From NCBI RefSeq assembly GCF_963921235.1, contig NC_086109.1:5706001-5770000 (forward strand): a stretch of 64,000 bases of DNA, read 5' to 3'. The position numbers and the translations under genes were made by a program. This document shows, one piece after another, positions 1 to 11,066 of the stretch. The DNA comes from Mobula hypostoma (taxonomy: Eukaryota). Under the pieces are notes generated by a model, which did not search any database, had not been told where the DNA came from, and saw nothing but the letters and a program-made list of their open reading frames with translations. Numbering within the stretch: position 1 is the stretch's first letter; every line of letters starts with the position of its first letter.

Positions 1-495
1 AAAAGAAGATGTGCTGATATTGGTGACGGCTCAAAGAAAGTTCACTAAAGGGATTCTGGGATTGAAATGCCTATCATATGTTTGATGGCTTTTGGCTTGT
101 ACTCGCTGCAATTTAGAAGAAAGGGGGTGGGTGTCATTGAGACCTATCGAATGTTGAAAGGTCTAGATACAGTGGATGTGGAGAAGATGTTTCCTATGGT
201 GACAGAGTCTAAGATCAGTGGACACAATCTCAGAATAAAGCAATGTTCATTTAGAATGGAGATGAGGAGGAATTTCTTTAGCCAGAGGATGGTGAATCCA
301 TGGATTTGTTGCCATATCTGGCTATGGAGTCCAGGTCAATGGGTTTATTTAAAGTGGAGGTTGATAGATTCTTGATAAGTCAGGGCATGAAACATTGCAG
401 GTCAAAGGCAGGAGAATGGGGTTGAGAGGGAACTGGATCAGCCATGATGGGCCAAGTGGCCTAATTCTGTTCCTATGCCTTCTGATCTTATGGTC
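1..495 (+). mobile_element. CR1-clade LINE, 3' fragment (ORF2 C-terminus + 3'UTR), degenerate
   Basis: Translates to GLYSLQFRR..IETYRMLKGLD..RRNFFSQRMVN, the CR1 ORF2 C-terminus; ends in a cttatggtct-type tail shared with other copies in the window. Confidence 0.9.
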
Positions 496-504
496 TGATC
501 TCTA

Positions 505-600
505 ATCTGTCTTGATGAAGGGTCTTGGCCTGAAATCTCGACTCTTTACTCATTCCCGTAGGTGCTGCCTGACCTGATGAGTTCCCCCAGCATTTTGTGC
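505..600 (+). mobile_element. Penelope-like 3' terminal fragment with degenerate hammerhead motif
   Basis: gtc-ttgatga-agggtcttggcct-gaaa-tctc-gact followed by gctgcctgacctg..gagttc..cagcatttt, matching the element at 28292-28965. Confidence 0.75.
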
Positions 601-1659
601 ATTTATCATTCTTTAAAAGTTTGGCTTTACTTAGTGAATTGTTATGCCAATAGGTGGGGATTTGGTCAAATAGATCCCCTGTGAGTGGCTCACTCAGATG
701 TCACTGAACAGAGGTGATAGTATGGTCCAGTCCAAGGATGTGGCGTACCCGATTGTTTTACCTCTGCATTGATCTTAAATAGATAAATACTTTATTGATC
801 CCGAAGGAAATTAGAGCATCGTAGTACCATTACAAGTACACAGATATACAAATGTTGAAAGAGGAGTAAGAAAAAATAAAAAATAATTTACCTCAAACAG
901 TCGAACAGGATGGAGTCATCACTTCCCCAGTTATAGGTTGATTCGTTATAGAGCTGAATGCTGAGGCTACAAATTACCTCACATAGCACTTTTTGGAGCA
1001 GTACTGTTGTCTTAGTTTATTAATAAAAGTGCTCCTCTGTTCAGCCAAGGTAGCATGCAGAGGGCAAGAAAAATTGTCCAGAATTGCCAGGATATGAAAT
1101 GTCAGAGTGTTATCTTGGATCACCAGTGATTCAGCAGACTGAAGTGGTCCTGAGTTTTGATGAGTCAGTTTGGTGTTTCCCTGCTCTCCCCAAAACTTCA
1201 ATAGCATTTGCCAGTTCAGTACAAAGGCAGCAGGAGGTAAAATGCTGACCTTTGCCAGAATCCCAGTGGTTTCTAACTGAAACTTCAACATAATAAGTAT
1301 TCCAATCAGTCATTAGAGCTGTGTTAGCACATCGTCTGGAACAGGCTGTTCTGAAACGTGCCTGTGGTCGGAGTCCATGTAATAATCACAGTGAAGTGTG
1401 CAAGTTTTAAAATCTATGTGGGGCAGAGACAATTTGGGGTTTTCCTCTTCTACATCAGGTCAATCTGATATTCACAATGATTTCAAGTTCAACTTTATTG
1501 CTATTCAACTATACAAATGTATATGGCTAAATGAAATATCGTTCCTCTCAGGCCAAGGTGCAAAATACTACATATAGTTCTGAGCTTGAGCATATATCAC
1601 AAAATAACATTAGCGCAAGTTCCTGAGTGGCTTGGTTTGCAGATTGACAGGCTGATATA

Positions 1660-2055
1660 AAATGTGAGGTTCAAAGTATATTATCAAAGTTATATCACCA
1701 TATACAACCCCAAGATACATTTTCTTGTGGGTATAGCATATGTATAGAATACTTAACTATAACAGGATCAGTGAAAGATCAAACAGAGTGCAGAAGACAA
1801 CAAACCATGCAAATATAAATAAATAACATAACAAGTGCATGAGATAGTGAGATAGAATCCTTAAAGTGAGATCATTGGGAACAGTTCAATGAGGGAGCAA
1901 GTGAAGCTGAGTGCAGTTATCCCCTTCTATTCAAGAGCCTGATGGTTGAGGGGTAGTGACTGTTCTTGAACCTGGTGGTGTGAGTCCTGAGGCTCTTGTA
2001 CTTTCTACCTGATGGCAGCAGCGAGAAGGGGAGCATGTTCTGGGTGGTGCTATGG
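1660..2055 (-). mobile_element. Rex1/Babar-like LINE 3' fragment
   Basis: Similar to 18405-19045 and 25515-25920 (accaccaggttcaagaacag..tacccctcaaccatcaggctc on the minus strand; (tttgaa)-type tail). Confidence 0.7.
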
Positions 2056-2159
2056 CACTAATATGTGTGCAGAATAACCAACAATGATCCTACTAACATG
2101 AAGGTGATACACATGTGAAATATGGAACATGCCAATTGGTAGTTTTAAAAAATAAATAG

Positions 2160-2747
2160 CGAGGAGAGGGCCTCTGTCGGTCAGAGTTGACTATGGATAT
2201 TGCATCCTAGCTGTCTAGATTCACAAGCCTGGTAGTACAACATGGAGAGCAAGCTGTTGTCCATGTAGCAGGCTTCCCCTCCTAATGCGTCTGCTGAATC
2301 CAAAGGAACAGTAGAGACTGATACAGTTTGGTACCAGCAGCGTCATAGGAGTTGTTGTCCACATTGAACTCAATATAGGACCTTCAGCTCTGGAATTTTC
2401 CCTCGTGGTTTACTCCCAAAGCCTTCCCCATAAGTGGGTACAGATGCCAGGCAGCAGAGGTTTGAGATCAGAGTTTTCCTTCTCCTAGATGAGCTGCCAA
2501 CCACGGCTGATGAGCCCCATCTGGCCGAAACAAATAGTTTTGAGGTGCCAGTAACCTGCCTTTGCCCCTTCTCCTGTCAGTAGATACGGTTCCGCCTGGC
2601 TTAGTAGCTAAGCTACACATGAAGGCCAGGAGCGGGACTTGGTTGTCAAAGACTATTTGAGACACACGCCATTGGGAACATTTTTAAAATCAGCAGTGGG
2701 AGCTTGTTCCCATTACCACCCCTAGCTAGAACAACCTCAAGGAACCC
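2160..2747 (-). mobile_element. Non-autonomous RTE-like short element, family A (longer copy)
   Basis: Reverse complement is colinear with 14479-14773; no ORF; rough A-rich TSD (aaataaata/aaacaaata). Confidence 0.6.
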
Positions 2748-2899
2748 AAACAAATAAGTAAATCGATAAAACTCCTACCATTTGTCAAGTTCCTTATTTC
2801 ACATGTGCATCATCTTCAGGTTAGTATGACCATTATTTTCAATGATCTTTGCACTTTCTTGGCATCTAGCTGGGTTGGAATAAAGGCAAACTGTGTTTG

Positions 2900-3155
2900 A
2901 TCACGTTAGCATGCAGGGCACTTTCCAGTACCAGCGACCCAGGTTCAATTCCTGCCACTGTTTGTACATTCTCCCCGTGACTGTGTGGGTTTCCTCTGGG
3001 TGCTCCGGTTTCCTCCCAGTGTCCAAAGACAAACTGGTTGGTGGGTTAATTGGTCACTGTAAATTGTCCCGATTAGGCTAGGGTTAAATCAGGGGTTGCA
3101 CGGTGATGCGGCTCAAACAGCTGGTAAGACACTGTATCTCACCAAGTAAATAAAC
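2900..3155 (+). mobile_element. tRNA-derived V-SINE (HE1-like)
   Basis: B-box ggttcaattcc followed by the V-domain ctccccgtgactgtgtgggtttcctctgggtgctccggtttcctcccagtgtccaaagac. Confidence 0.85.
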
Positions 3156-3254
3156 CACAGCAATAGCAGGTGAAGAGTGACCAGTACTGGATGAGAATGT
3201 GTGTCTGTGAGTGGGGGGCGGGGGGTGCAAAGGCTGTAACATGGCAGGGCACGA

Positions 3255-5120
3255 CTTCCACTTCGAATATACCCACAGACTTGCCCTCCACCACGGTCTG
3301 GGGCAGAGTGTTCCACAGATTCACTACTCTCTGGCTTTAAAAAAAAAATCCTTTTTACTCCTGTTCTAAAAGTTGCCCCTCAATTTTGAGGTTCTGGATA
3401 CCCCCACCAGAGGAAGCATGCTCTCCACATCCATCTTATCTAGTCCTTTCCACATTTGGTACGTTTCAATGAGATCCCCGTACATTCTTCTAAATTCCAG
3501 TGAGTACAGGCCCAAAGCTGTCATTCCCAGAATCATCCTTGTGAACCTCCTCTGGACTCTCTCCAATGACAACACATCCTTTGAGATTTGGGGACCAAAA
3601 CTGTTGACAATATTCCATGCAGTCTGACTAGTGTGTTATAAAGGCTCAGCACTATCTCCTTGCTTTTATATTCTATTCCCCTTGAAATAAATGCCAACAT
3701 TGCCTTTCCGTTCTTTACCACAGACTCAACCTGTAACTTAACGTTCTGGGAGCCTTGCACGAGGACTCCCAAGTCCCTCTGCACCTCTGATGTTTGAAGC
3801 TTTTCCCCTTTTATATAAAAGGAACAAGAGTGCAGACTATTAACAAAATCCATTATCATACATTTCCCCAACACTGTATCCCATCTGCTACTTTTTTGCC
3901 CATTCTTCCAATTTGCTCAAGTCCCACTGCAATTGTATTGCTTCCTGGGCGCCACCTACCCCTCCACCTATCTTCATATCATCCGCAAACTTTGCCACAA
4001 AGACATCAATTCCACTATCTAAATCATTGACAAACAGTGTGAAAAGTAGCCGTCCCAATACTGACCTCTGAAGAACACCACTAGTCACTAGTAGCCAACT
4101 AGAAGAGGCCCCCTTTATTTCCACTTGCTGCCTATCAGGCATTTCTCTATCCATCCAGTATATTTCCTGTAACACAAGAGGATTTTAATCTTCACAAGTA
4201 ACCTCACGTAAGGCACCTTATTAAAGGCCTTCTGAAAATCTAAGTGATATCCACTACCTCTCCTTTGTCCACCCTGCTTGTTACTTCCTTGAAGAACTCT
4301 AACAGATTTGTCAGACAAGATCTCCCTTTACAGAAACCATGCTGACTTTGACTTATTTTATCATTAGTCTCCAAGTACCCCCAAACCTCATCCTTAATAA
4401 TAGACTCCAACACTTTCCCAACCACTGAGGTTGGGCTAACTGGCCTACAATTTCCTTCTTAAAGAGTGGAGTGACATTTGCAATTTTCCAGTCCTCCAGG
4501 ACCATGCCAGAATCAAGTGATTCTTGAAAGATCATGACCGATGCATCCATTACCTCTTCAGCAACCTCTTTCAGCCCTCTGGGATGCAGTGTCAGGCCGC
4601 TGGAGCAGGGATCCAATCGCAGACCCAGTACTGTGCACACAGTGATATTAATTAAGTAACAAATCCCAAGGTGCAAACCAAATCAGTGTCAAACTTCAGG
4701 CAGGGTTCAAAACATCCAGAGAAATCCAAAAATCAAAATCAGGCAGAGTTAATATTCAGAAAGACAGAGTACAGATACAAATGCTAGAAAGGCTCAGGAA
4801 AATTCATTAGCACAATCTGGTAAAAACACAGGAGAGAAATACCCTGAGCAATAAACAGAGAGGCAGACGATAGGTGGAGCACAGTGAGACCCAAGTGGCA
4901 GCAATACAGGTAATAATGAGAAACAGGTGAGAGACGGAGTACTCAGTAATACAGGGGCCGGAGTAGAGCAGGAGCGGAGACCAGAGCACATGGCAATACA
5001 AAACCACAGACTGACAGTTAGGGGGAAACACACAAAAAGACAGAGTTCAACTGGAGGTACTGACATGTGGTCCATCTGATCCAGGCGACTTATTCACTCT
5101 TAGGACCTTTCAGTTTGCCT
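3255..5120 (-). mobile_element. CR1 LINE ORF2 (RT) fragment, frameshifted, interrupted by a solo LTR
   Basis: Minus-strand ORFs give [54 protein letters not shown]; the sequence resumes after 5070. Confidence 0.9.
4590..5065 (-). mobile_element. Solo LTR (Gypsy-like), 476 bp
   Basis: Termini TGTCAG...CTGACA (perfect 6-bp inverted); degenerate 5-bp TSD tgcag (4585-4589)/tgtgg (5066-5070); splits CR1 ORF2. Orientation is inferred. Confidence 0.75.
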
Positions 5121-5440
5121 AGGACAATACCTTGCTGCTCTGTTCCTCCAATTCTTCTCCTGCCCTGCTGTTCTTCTTCTTTTTTCTTGTCTTTCTTTTC
5201 TTTTCAAGGTGGCTGGGGTCCTGTCAAAGTCCATGTTCTACACCTGCATCTCAAACTGCGGTTCTCCATGGGCATTGTCCTCCTTCTCAGACTCACCGTA
5301 CAGCCTGGTGTTTCGATATCTCCAGGTGCAGCCTGGAACTCATGTGTTTTCAGGGTGTGGCCCGTGGACAACAAGTTCCTCGCCGAGATCGCTAACTGGA
5401 AGTGTTGCAGGAGATTGAAATGTAGAGACAGCAGGCGGTG

Positions 5441-6066
5441 TTCTCTCTCCCCCCCTCTCTCCCCCCTCTCCCCCCTCTCCCCTCTCTCTCTCACACCTCC
5501 CTCTCCCTCTCTCTTCCTCTCTCCCTCTTCTCCCCTCCTCTCTCCCCCCTCTCCCCCTCTCCCCCCTCCCCCTCTCTCTCACACCTCCCTCTCCCTCTCT
5601 CTTCCTCTCTCCCTCTTCTCCCCCCCTCCCCTCTCCCTCTCTCTCTCTCTCCCCCTCTCTCTCTCTCCCTCTCTCTCTCTCCCTCTCTCTTCCTCCTCTC
5701 CTCTCCCTCTCTCTTCCTCCTCTCCCTCTTCCTCCTCCCTCTCTCTCCCTCCTCTCTCTTCCTCCTCTCTCTCTCCCTCTCTCTCTCTCTCTCCCTCTTC
5801 TCCCCCTCCCTCTCCCCTCTCCCTCTCTCTCTCTCTCCCCCTCTCTCTCTCTCCCTCTCTCTCTCTCTCCCTCTCTCTTCCTCCTCTCCTCTCCCTCTCT
5901 CTTCCTCCTCTCCCTCTTCCTCCTCCCTCTCTCTCCCTCCTCTCTCTCCCTCCTCTCTCTCTCCCTCCTCTTTCTCTCTCCCTCCTCTCTCTCTCTCTCT
6001 CTCTCTCCCTCCTCTCTCTCTCACTCTCTTCCTCTCTTCCTGTCTTCCTCTCTCCTCTCTCTCCTC
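5441..6066. repeat. Polypyrimidine/polypurine (CT-rich) low-complexity tract, about 625 bp
   Basis: Nearly pure C/T with internally repeated ctctcc/cttcct units. Confidence 0.97.
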
Positions 6067-6430
6067 AAGTGCCGTGGCAGACTGTAACACCAAGTCACTG
6101 AGCTGTTGGTCTGCCCTCTCGTTGCTGCAGGAACAATATCTCTCTCCCTCGCCAGTGAGAGAGCGAGCCTGCCTGAGATATTGATGTGTTGGGATGGATA
6201 GTAGTTTTTGATGGACCCTAGATCATGGTCTCTTGGGGACTTTGCAATTGCTTACAGGGTGGGGTGGTGGGTGGGGCTAATGCTTTTGCTGGAGCAAGTG
6301 GGGTGAGTGTTGATGTTTTTGCTACTGCATGTCTGTGGGAGGCGGGAGGGGGGCTTTGGGGTTTGAACGTTTTCTGTCATTCATTCTTTGGGTTTTTTTC
6401 TGTTTGGTGGATGTCTGTGAAGAGTAAACA

Positions 6431-6607
6431 TTCCTCCCACTTTCAAATCTCTTACTAGCTCTTCCTTCAGTTAGTCCTGACGAAGGGTCTCGGCCCAAAA
6501 CGTCGACTGTACCTCTTCCTAGAGATGCTGCCTGGCCTGCTGCGTTCACCAGCAACTTTGATGTGTGTTGCCTGAATTTCCAGCATCTGCAGAATTCCTC
6601 GTGTTTA
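6431..6607 (+). mobile_element. Penelope-like 3' end (young subfamily) with hammerhead motif (GAAA->AAAA)
   Basis: Near-identical to the reverse complement of 28292-28465 and ends at the same cctcgtgttta; motif at 6472-6509. Confidence 0.85.
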
Positions 6608-7454
6608 GGTTATATACTGTATATGTTCTCTGATATTAAGTTGAACCATTGAATTATTGTTGTAAGACTATTGAACAGTGCCCTTGTAGAATAAAACAGA
6701 CTCTTAGCGTTACCCATTTAATGAGCTTTACATTCTCTCAGCCAATCACAATGAGTAAATTAAGCTGTCATTTAAGATTCAAGGTTGTTCAATGTCAATT
6801 CCAGCGCACAAGTGTAAAGGAGGGTGAAATAATTGTCACTCTGGAGCACTAATGCAGCACAGAAAACACAATAATAATTTATTTTAAAAGGTAAAATAAA
6901 TATGAATACATAAGACAGCTTATATACATTGATTATATGTCCATAAAGTGATGCTCGGCACATGAGCATCTGTGCATCAGTTGACTGACAGGAAATGATA
7001 AAGTTGTGGTGGTTGGAGTTGTGGAGGGGTGGGTTAGTGGCAAAAAGAAAGTCACATAGATAGGCAATCGTTAAGAAGTGCCTGAGACTGACATCAAGGC
7101 TCCTTCCACAGTGAGTCAGATATTTTTTTCAACGTAAGAAGACTCAACAAAATGCTATCTTCACAATTTTCCTGTGAGTTTGGTGGAAAGAAAGACTGCA
7201 GTCAGAGTGTCAGTCAACGCAGGGGACATACCTGAGGCACCACTAGCATTCTGTGGCTTAAGTACGTGAATAAGGCTGGTGTAATAGGACATGTTCCACT
7301 TAGGTTGTTAATGTGGGTTTCTTATTACATGAAAATATCACAATTCAGAAGAAATGTGCTATCATCTTGCTTTACTCAGCCAAAAGAGGGGCTTAAATCT
7401 TGATATGAATCACAAGCATGAGATCAGTACAATTTGAGACAGGCACCCAACGTG

Positions 7455-7802
7455 AGAAGGTCAGGCAGCATCTGTGGAGAAAAAGAGAGTCCTGATAAAA
7501 AGGTCTCAGCCAGAAACGTCGAGAGTTTAGTCATTTCCATAGAGTCCCTCAAGCATTGTGTGTGTGTTATTCTGGATCTCCAGCACCCGCAGAACCTCTT
7601 GTGTTTCTGACTTGCTGCCCCACTGCAGAGTTCTCTTCAGGGTTTGCAGACCCTGAAGATGTTTAAATCTTCCAGTCCTGATGAAGGGTCTCTGCTTGAA
7701 ACATCGACTGTTCCATAGGCGCTCTCTGACCTGTTGAGTTCCTCTGGCATTTTGTGTGTGTTTTGCTCTGTATTTCCAGCATCTGCAGAACCTCCATTGT
7801 TT
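7455..7802 (+). mobile_element. Cluster of Penelope-like terminal fragments with two hammerhead motifs (7488-7522 degenerate; 7673-7710 core intact)
   Basis: cagtc-ctgatga-agggtctctgctt-gaaac-atc-gactg at 7673-7710. Confidence 0.75.
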
Positions 7803-8002
7803 TAGAAGTGAGACCTTTTTTTAATTGTTAAAGCCATCCTTCATCTGAACCTTTGCATCCATAGGACCCAATGTTCAGAATCAGATTCAGAGTCAGAATT
7901 ATGATCACTGACATATGTCATGAAATTTTTCGTTTTGTGGCAGCAGTGCGGTGCAATACATAAAATACAATCAGAAATATACAGGAAACAAATTAAATAT
8001 CA

Positions 8003-8470
8003 TGTTGTGAGAAAGAATTCAGCCTCCACCACTATTTTCACATTTTACCATCTCTGTTTCTAAATTTAAAATATTTTGAAGTAAGGGTTTTTTTTAAGCT
8101 AATCTAAAAAAGCATTGTGCATCTCGTCAAATCAAAAGAAAAATTCCAAAACCTGTCAACAATTTACTATACAAAACCAGAATTGTGAGGCTGAAAATGT
8201 ATTCACTCCCTTTGTAATTACTACGCTAACTTTCTTCAGGTGCAATACTGTATTACCTTACCAACTCATCCAATTTGTTGATGTAGAAAATTGGAGGGTC
8301 ACGTCTGTTTTCCATGAATTCATTAGAATAAATACCCCCTCCCTCTGTAAGGTCCAACAGTACAGTAGGTTTTCAACAGACCAAACCAAAATGAACATTC
8401 AAGACAAGTCAGGGAAATGATAGAGAAGCCCCAGTCTGGGGAAGGGTACAAGAACATCTCAAAGGCATTT
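8003..8470 (+). mobile_element. Tc1/mariner DNA transposon left-end fragment
   Basis: About 8392-8468 reads EHSRQVREMIEKPQSGEGYKNISKA, typical of the Tc1 transposase N-terminal HTH. Confidence 0.7.
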
Positions 8471-8981
8471 CCACCATCTGCAGAATCTCTTGCATTCACA
8501 ATTTGCTGCTCCACTGCAAAGTCTCTTTGAGGTTTCCATACCCTGAAGAAGTGTAAATTTTCCAGTCCTGATGAAGGGTCCTGAACGATAGATGCTGCTT
8601 TCTTGTGGCAGTGCTCCATGTAAATGTGCTCAATGCTGGGGAGGACTTTTCCAATGATGGACTGGGGTGTATCCACCACTTTCTGTAGCCTTTTCTGTTT
8701 CTGGGCATTGGTGTTTCCATTCCAGGACGTGATGTAGGATACTGCCGGCTGTCGGACAAAACTTAAATACAAGGGATTCTATGGTTGCTGGAACTTGACA
8801 AGACTCACTCTCCCAAAAACCTCCTGAGGCCAGGAGTCAATTAAAATGGAAGAAAACGGAGACTAGGAGAATCTCTTTTGGGCGAGGGTATTGCAGGCTG
8901 GAATTCAAATGGATGAGGGGAGTCAAGATTATCCAAGATATTGGTAAATAGTGGAACATTCTCAAGGGACTGAGTGGTCTC

Positions 8982-9295
8982 CCATCCACTACATAGTATA
9001 CTGGCTGGGCACAGGCGTACATTCAGCCAGAGACTCATTCCACCGAGATGCAACACAGAGCGTCATAGGAAGTCATTCCTGCCTGTGGCCATCAAACTTC
9101 ACAACTCCTCCCTTGGAGGGTCAGAAACTCTGAGCCAATAGGCTGGTCCTGGGCTTATTTCCTGGCATAATTTACATATTACTATTTAACTATTTATGGT
9201 TTTATTACTATTTAATTATTTACGGTGCAACTGTAACGAAAACCAATTTCCCCCAGGATCAATAAAGTATGACTATGACTATGACTATGACTATG
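8982..9295 (+). mobile_element. Young Rex1/Babar LINE 3' end with (actatg)n tail
   Basis: Encodes ..TFSQRLIPPRCNTERHRKSFLPVAIKL; near-identical to the copies at 25010, 53696 and 57306. Confidence 0.88.
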
Positions 9296-9382
9296 TCACC
9301 TGCAATCCCAAGTCAAAATTGTCCTTTGGTGAAATTATCTAGCCAATCAGAATATTTTTTGAACCAACCAGAAAAGCTTAAC

Positions 9383-9792
9383 ACTAGAACATAGAACACT
9401 ACAGCACGATACAGACCATTCAATCTACTCCAGGATCAACCTAAACCTTCCCTTCCACGTCCTCAATTTTTCTATAATCCATGTGCCTATCTGTGAGTTA
9501 CTTAAATGTTCCTAATGTATCAGCTTCTACCACCGGCCCTGGCAGTATGTTGCATGTACCCACCACTCTTTGTGTAAATAACTTACCTCTGTTATCCCCC
9601 CACCTATACTTTCCTCCAATCAACTTAATATTATGCCCTCTTGTATTAGCCATTTCTGCCCTGGGAAAAAAATCTCCAGCTGTGCACTCTATCTATGTCT
9701 CTTCTCATCTCGTACACCTCTATCAAGTCACCGTTCATCTTCATCCCCCTTCACTCCATTCTCAACTTCACTCCGGAGAGAAAAGCCCGAGC
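9383..9792 (-). mobile_element. CR1 LINE 3' fragment
   Basis: agaacatagaac tail; ORF2 C-terminal remnants on the minus strand. Confidence 0.75.
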
Positions 9793-9979
9793 TGAGACAG
9801 TATTTCTCTCTCACTCCACACGCACTGGATTTGCATTCATTTTGTTGCCTCAGTTCTGGATCATGTAGGTTAATTTCATTTGTGTTACCTTAAGTTTGTT
9901 GTGTTTGTAATATGCTGTGCTGCTGCTGCAAAAAGCTAATATTCATGGCATTAATACCCTGGACATGTAAGCCTATGGG

Positions 9980-10959
9980 CACTGCTTTCTCTAAGCTGCG
10001 CGGGTGTGCAGCCACGCAGTAGCTGAAATGCTCCTGTGCACATAGCCTTTGTTGCCATTCAGCTGAAAATTTATTTTATATAATGTTAATATAATATTAA
10101 AATCAGTGTTGATTATCATCATCACCATCACTATGTGCCGTGTTGTATGATGTAGGTGCTCATGATCTTTCCATGAACATGATTGTTCTTGGTAAATTTT
10201 TCTACAGAAGTGGTTTGCCATTGCCTTCCTCTGGGCAGTGTCTTTACAAGACGGGTGACCCCAGCCATTATCACTGCTCTTCAGAGATTGTCTGCCTGGA
10301 GTCAGTGGTCGCATAACCAGGACTTGTGATCTGCACCAGCTGCTCATACCACCATCCACCACCTGCTCCCATGGCTTCTCATGACCGTGATCAGGGGGTT
10401 AGGCAGGACCTACACCTTGGTCAAGGGTAACCTGCAGGCTATTAGAGGAAAGGAACATCCTACAGCTCCTCTGGTAGAGATGCATCTCCACCCTGCTAGC
10501 CATCTATTTGAATATAATTGTGAAATACCCTGCCACTAATGGTGTTAATGAATATAATCCATATTTTTTCTAAATAATACCCCAACCACACCTTTACTCT
10601 GAAGCATTTTAGAACTTCAATATACTTACATTGTCAGTGTTTCAAGTTACAACACTGTTACAAATTGTAACAGTAAACTCAGAATGGAAGTTGGTAGTTT
10701 ATTGTTAATAACCACTGGCCCGCTGAACACTGGTGCCATCTGGATAAAACCTTTTTTTATTGCTGTTGTTTCCCTGTCAGTTGATTTGACTGCCTGCCAT
10801 GTTTACATGTGTTGTGAGCTGTGGTTTATGTTTGTTTAATGTGCATATTACCAAAAAAAGACATTTAAAGTGCCACACAGTTTTTAGGCTGTGTAAAGAT
10901 TTCCTGCTCAGGGCAATGGTTGGTCTGTGCAGTTGTAAAAAATTTAGAAGGAACATTGC
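9980..10959 (+). mobile_element. Non-autonomous DNA transposon (hAT-like), carrying an RTE-like insert
   Basis: Degenerate TIRs cactgctttctctaagctgcgc / ttagaaggaacattg; body homologous to 13802-14125 and ends to 32079-32410 and 44755-44845. Confidence 0.6.
10114..10503 (-). mobile_element. Non-autonomous RTE-like short element, family B
   Basis: Reverse complement is colinear with 59844-60261; ggcacata-(gat)n tail. Confidence 0.75.
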
Positions 10960-11066
10960 TTATGACAATAAAATTGGACTTGAATAGCAATTGAAAATAC
11001 AGTGAATTAGAAGGATGTCCAAGGTTAGATCAAGAATTGTGAGGATTCAGAAACAAAATGTGGCTG

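Noticed and set aside
2900..2960. tRNA gene
   Set aside because: Only a B-box-like SINE head followed by the V domain; no cloverleaf.
5067..6184. Long ORFs (344, 248 and 200 aa) rich in L/S/P or R/E/G
   Set aside because: Translation of a stop-free CT microsatellite, not a gene.
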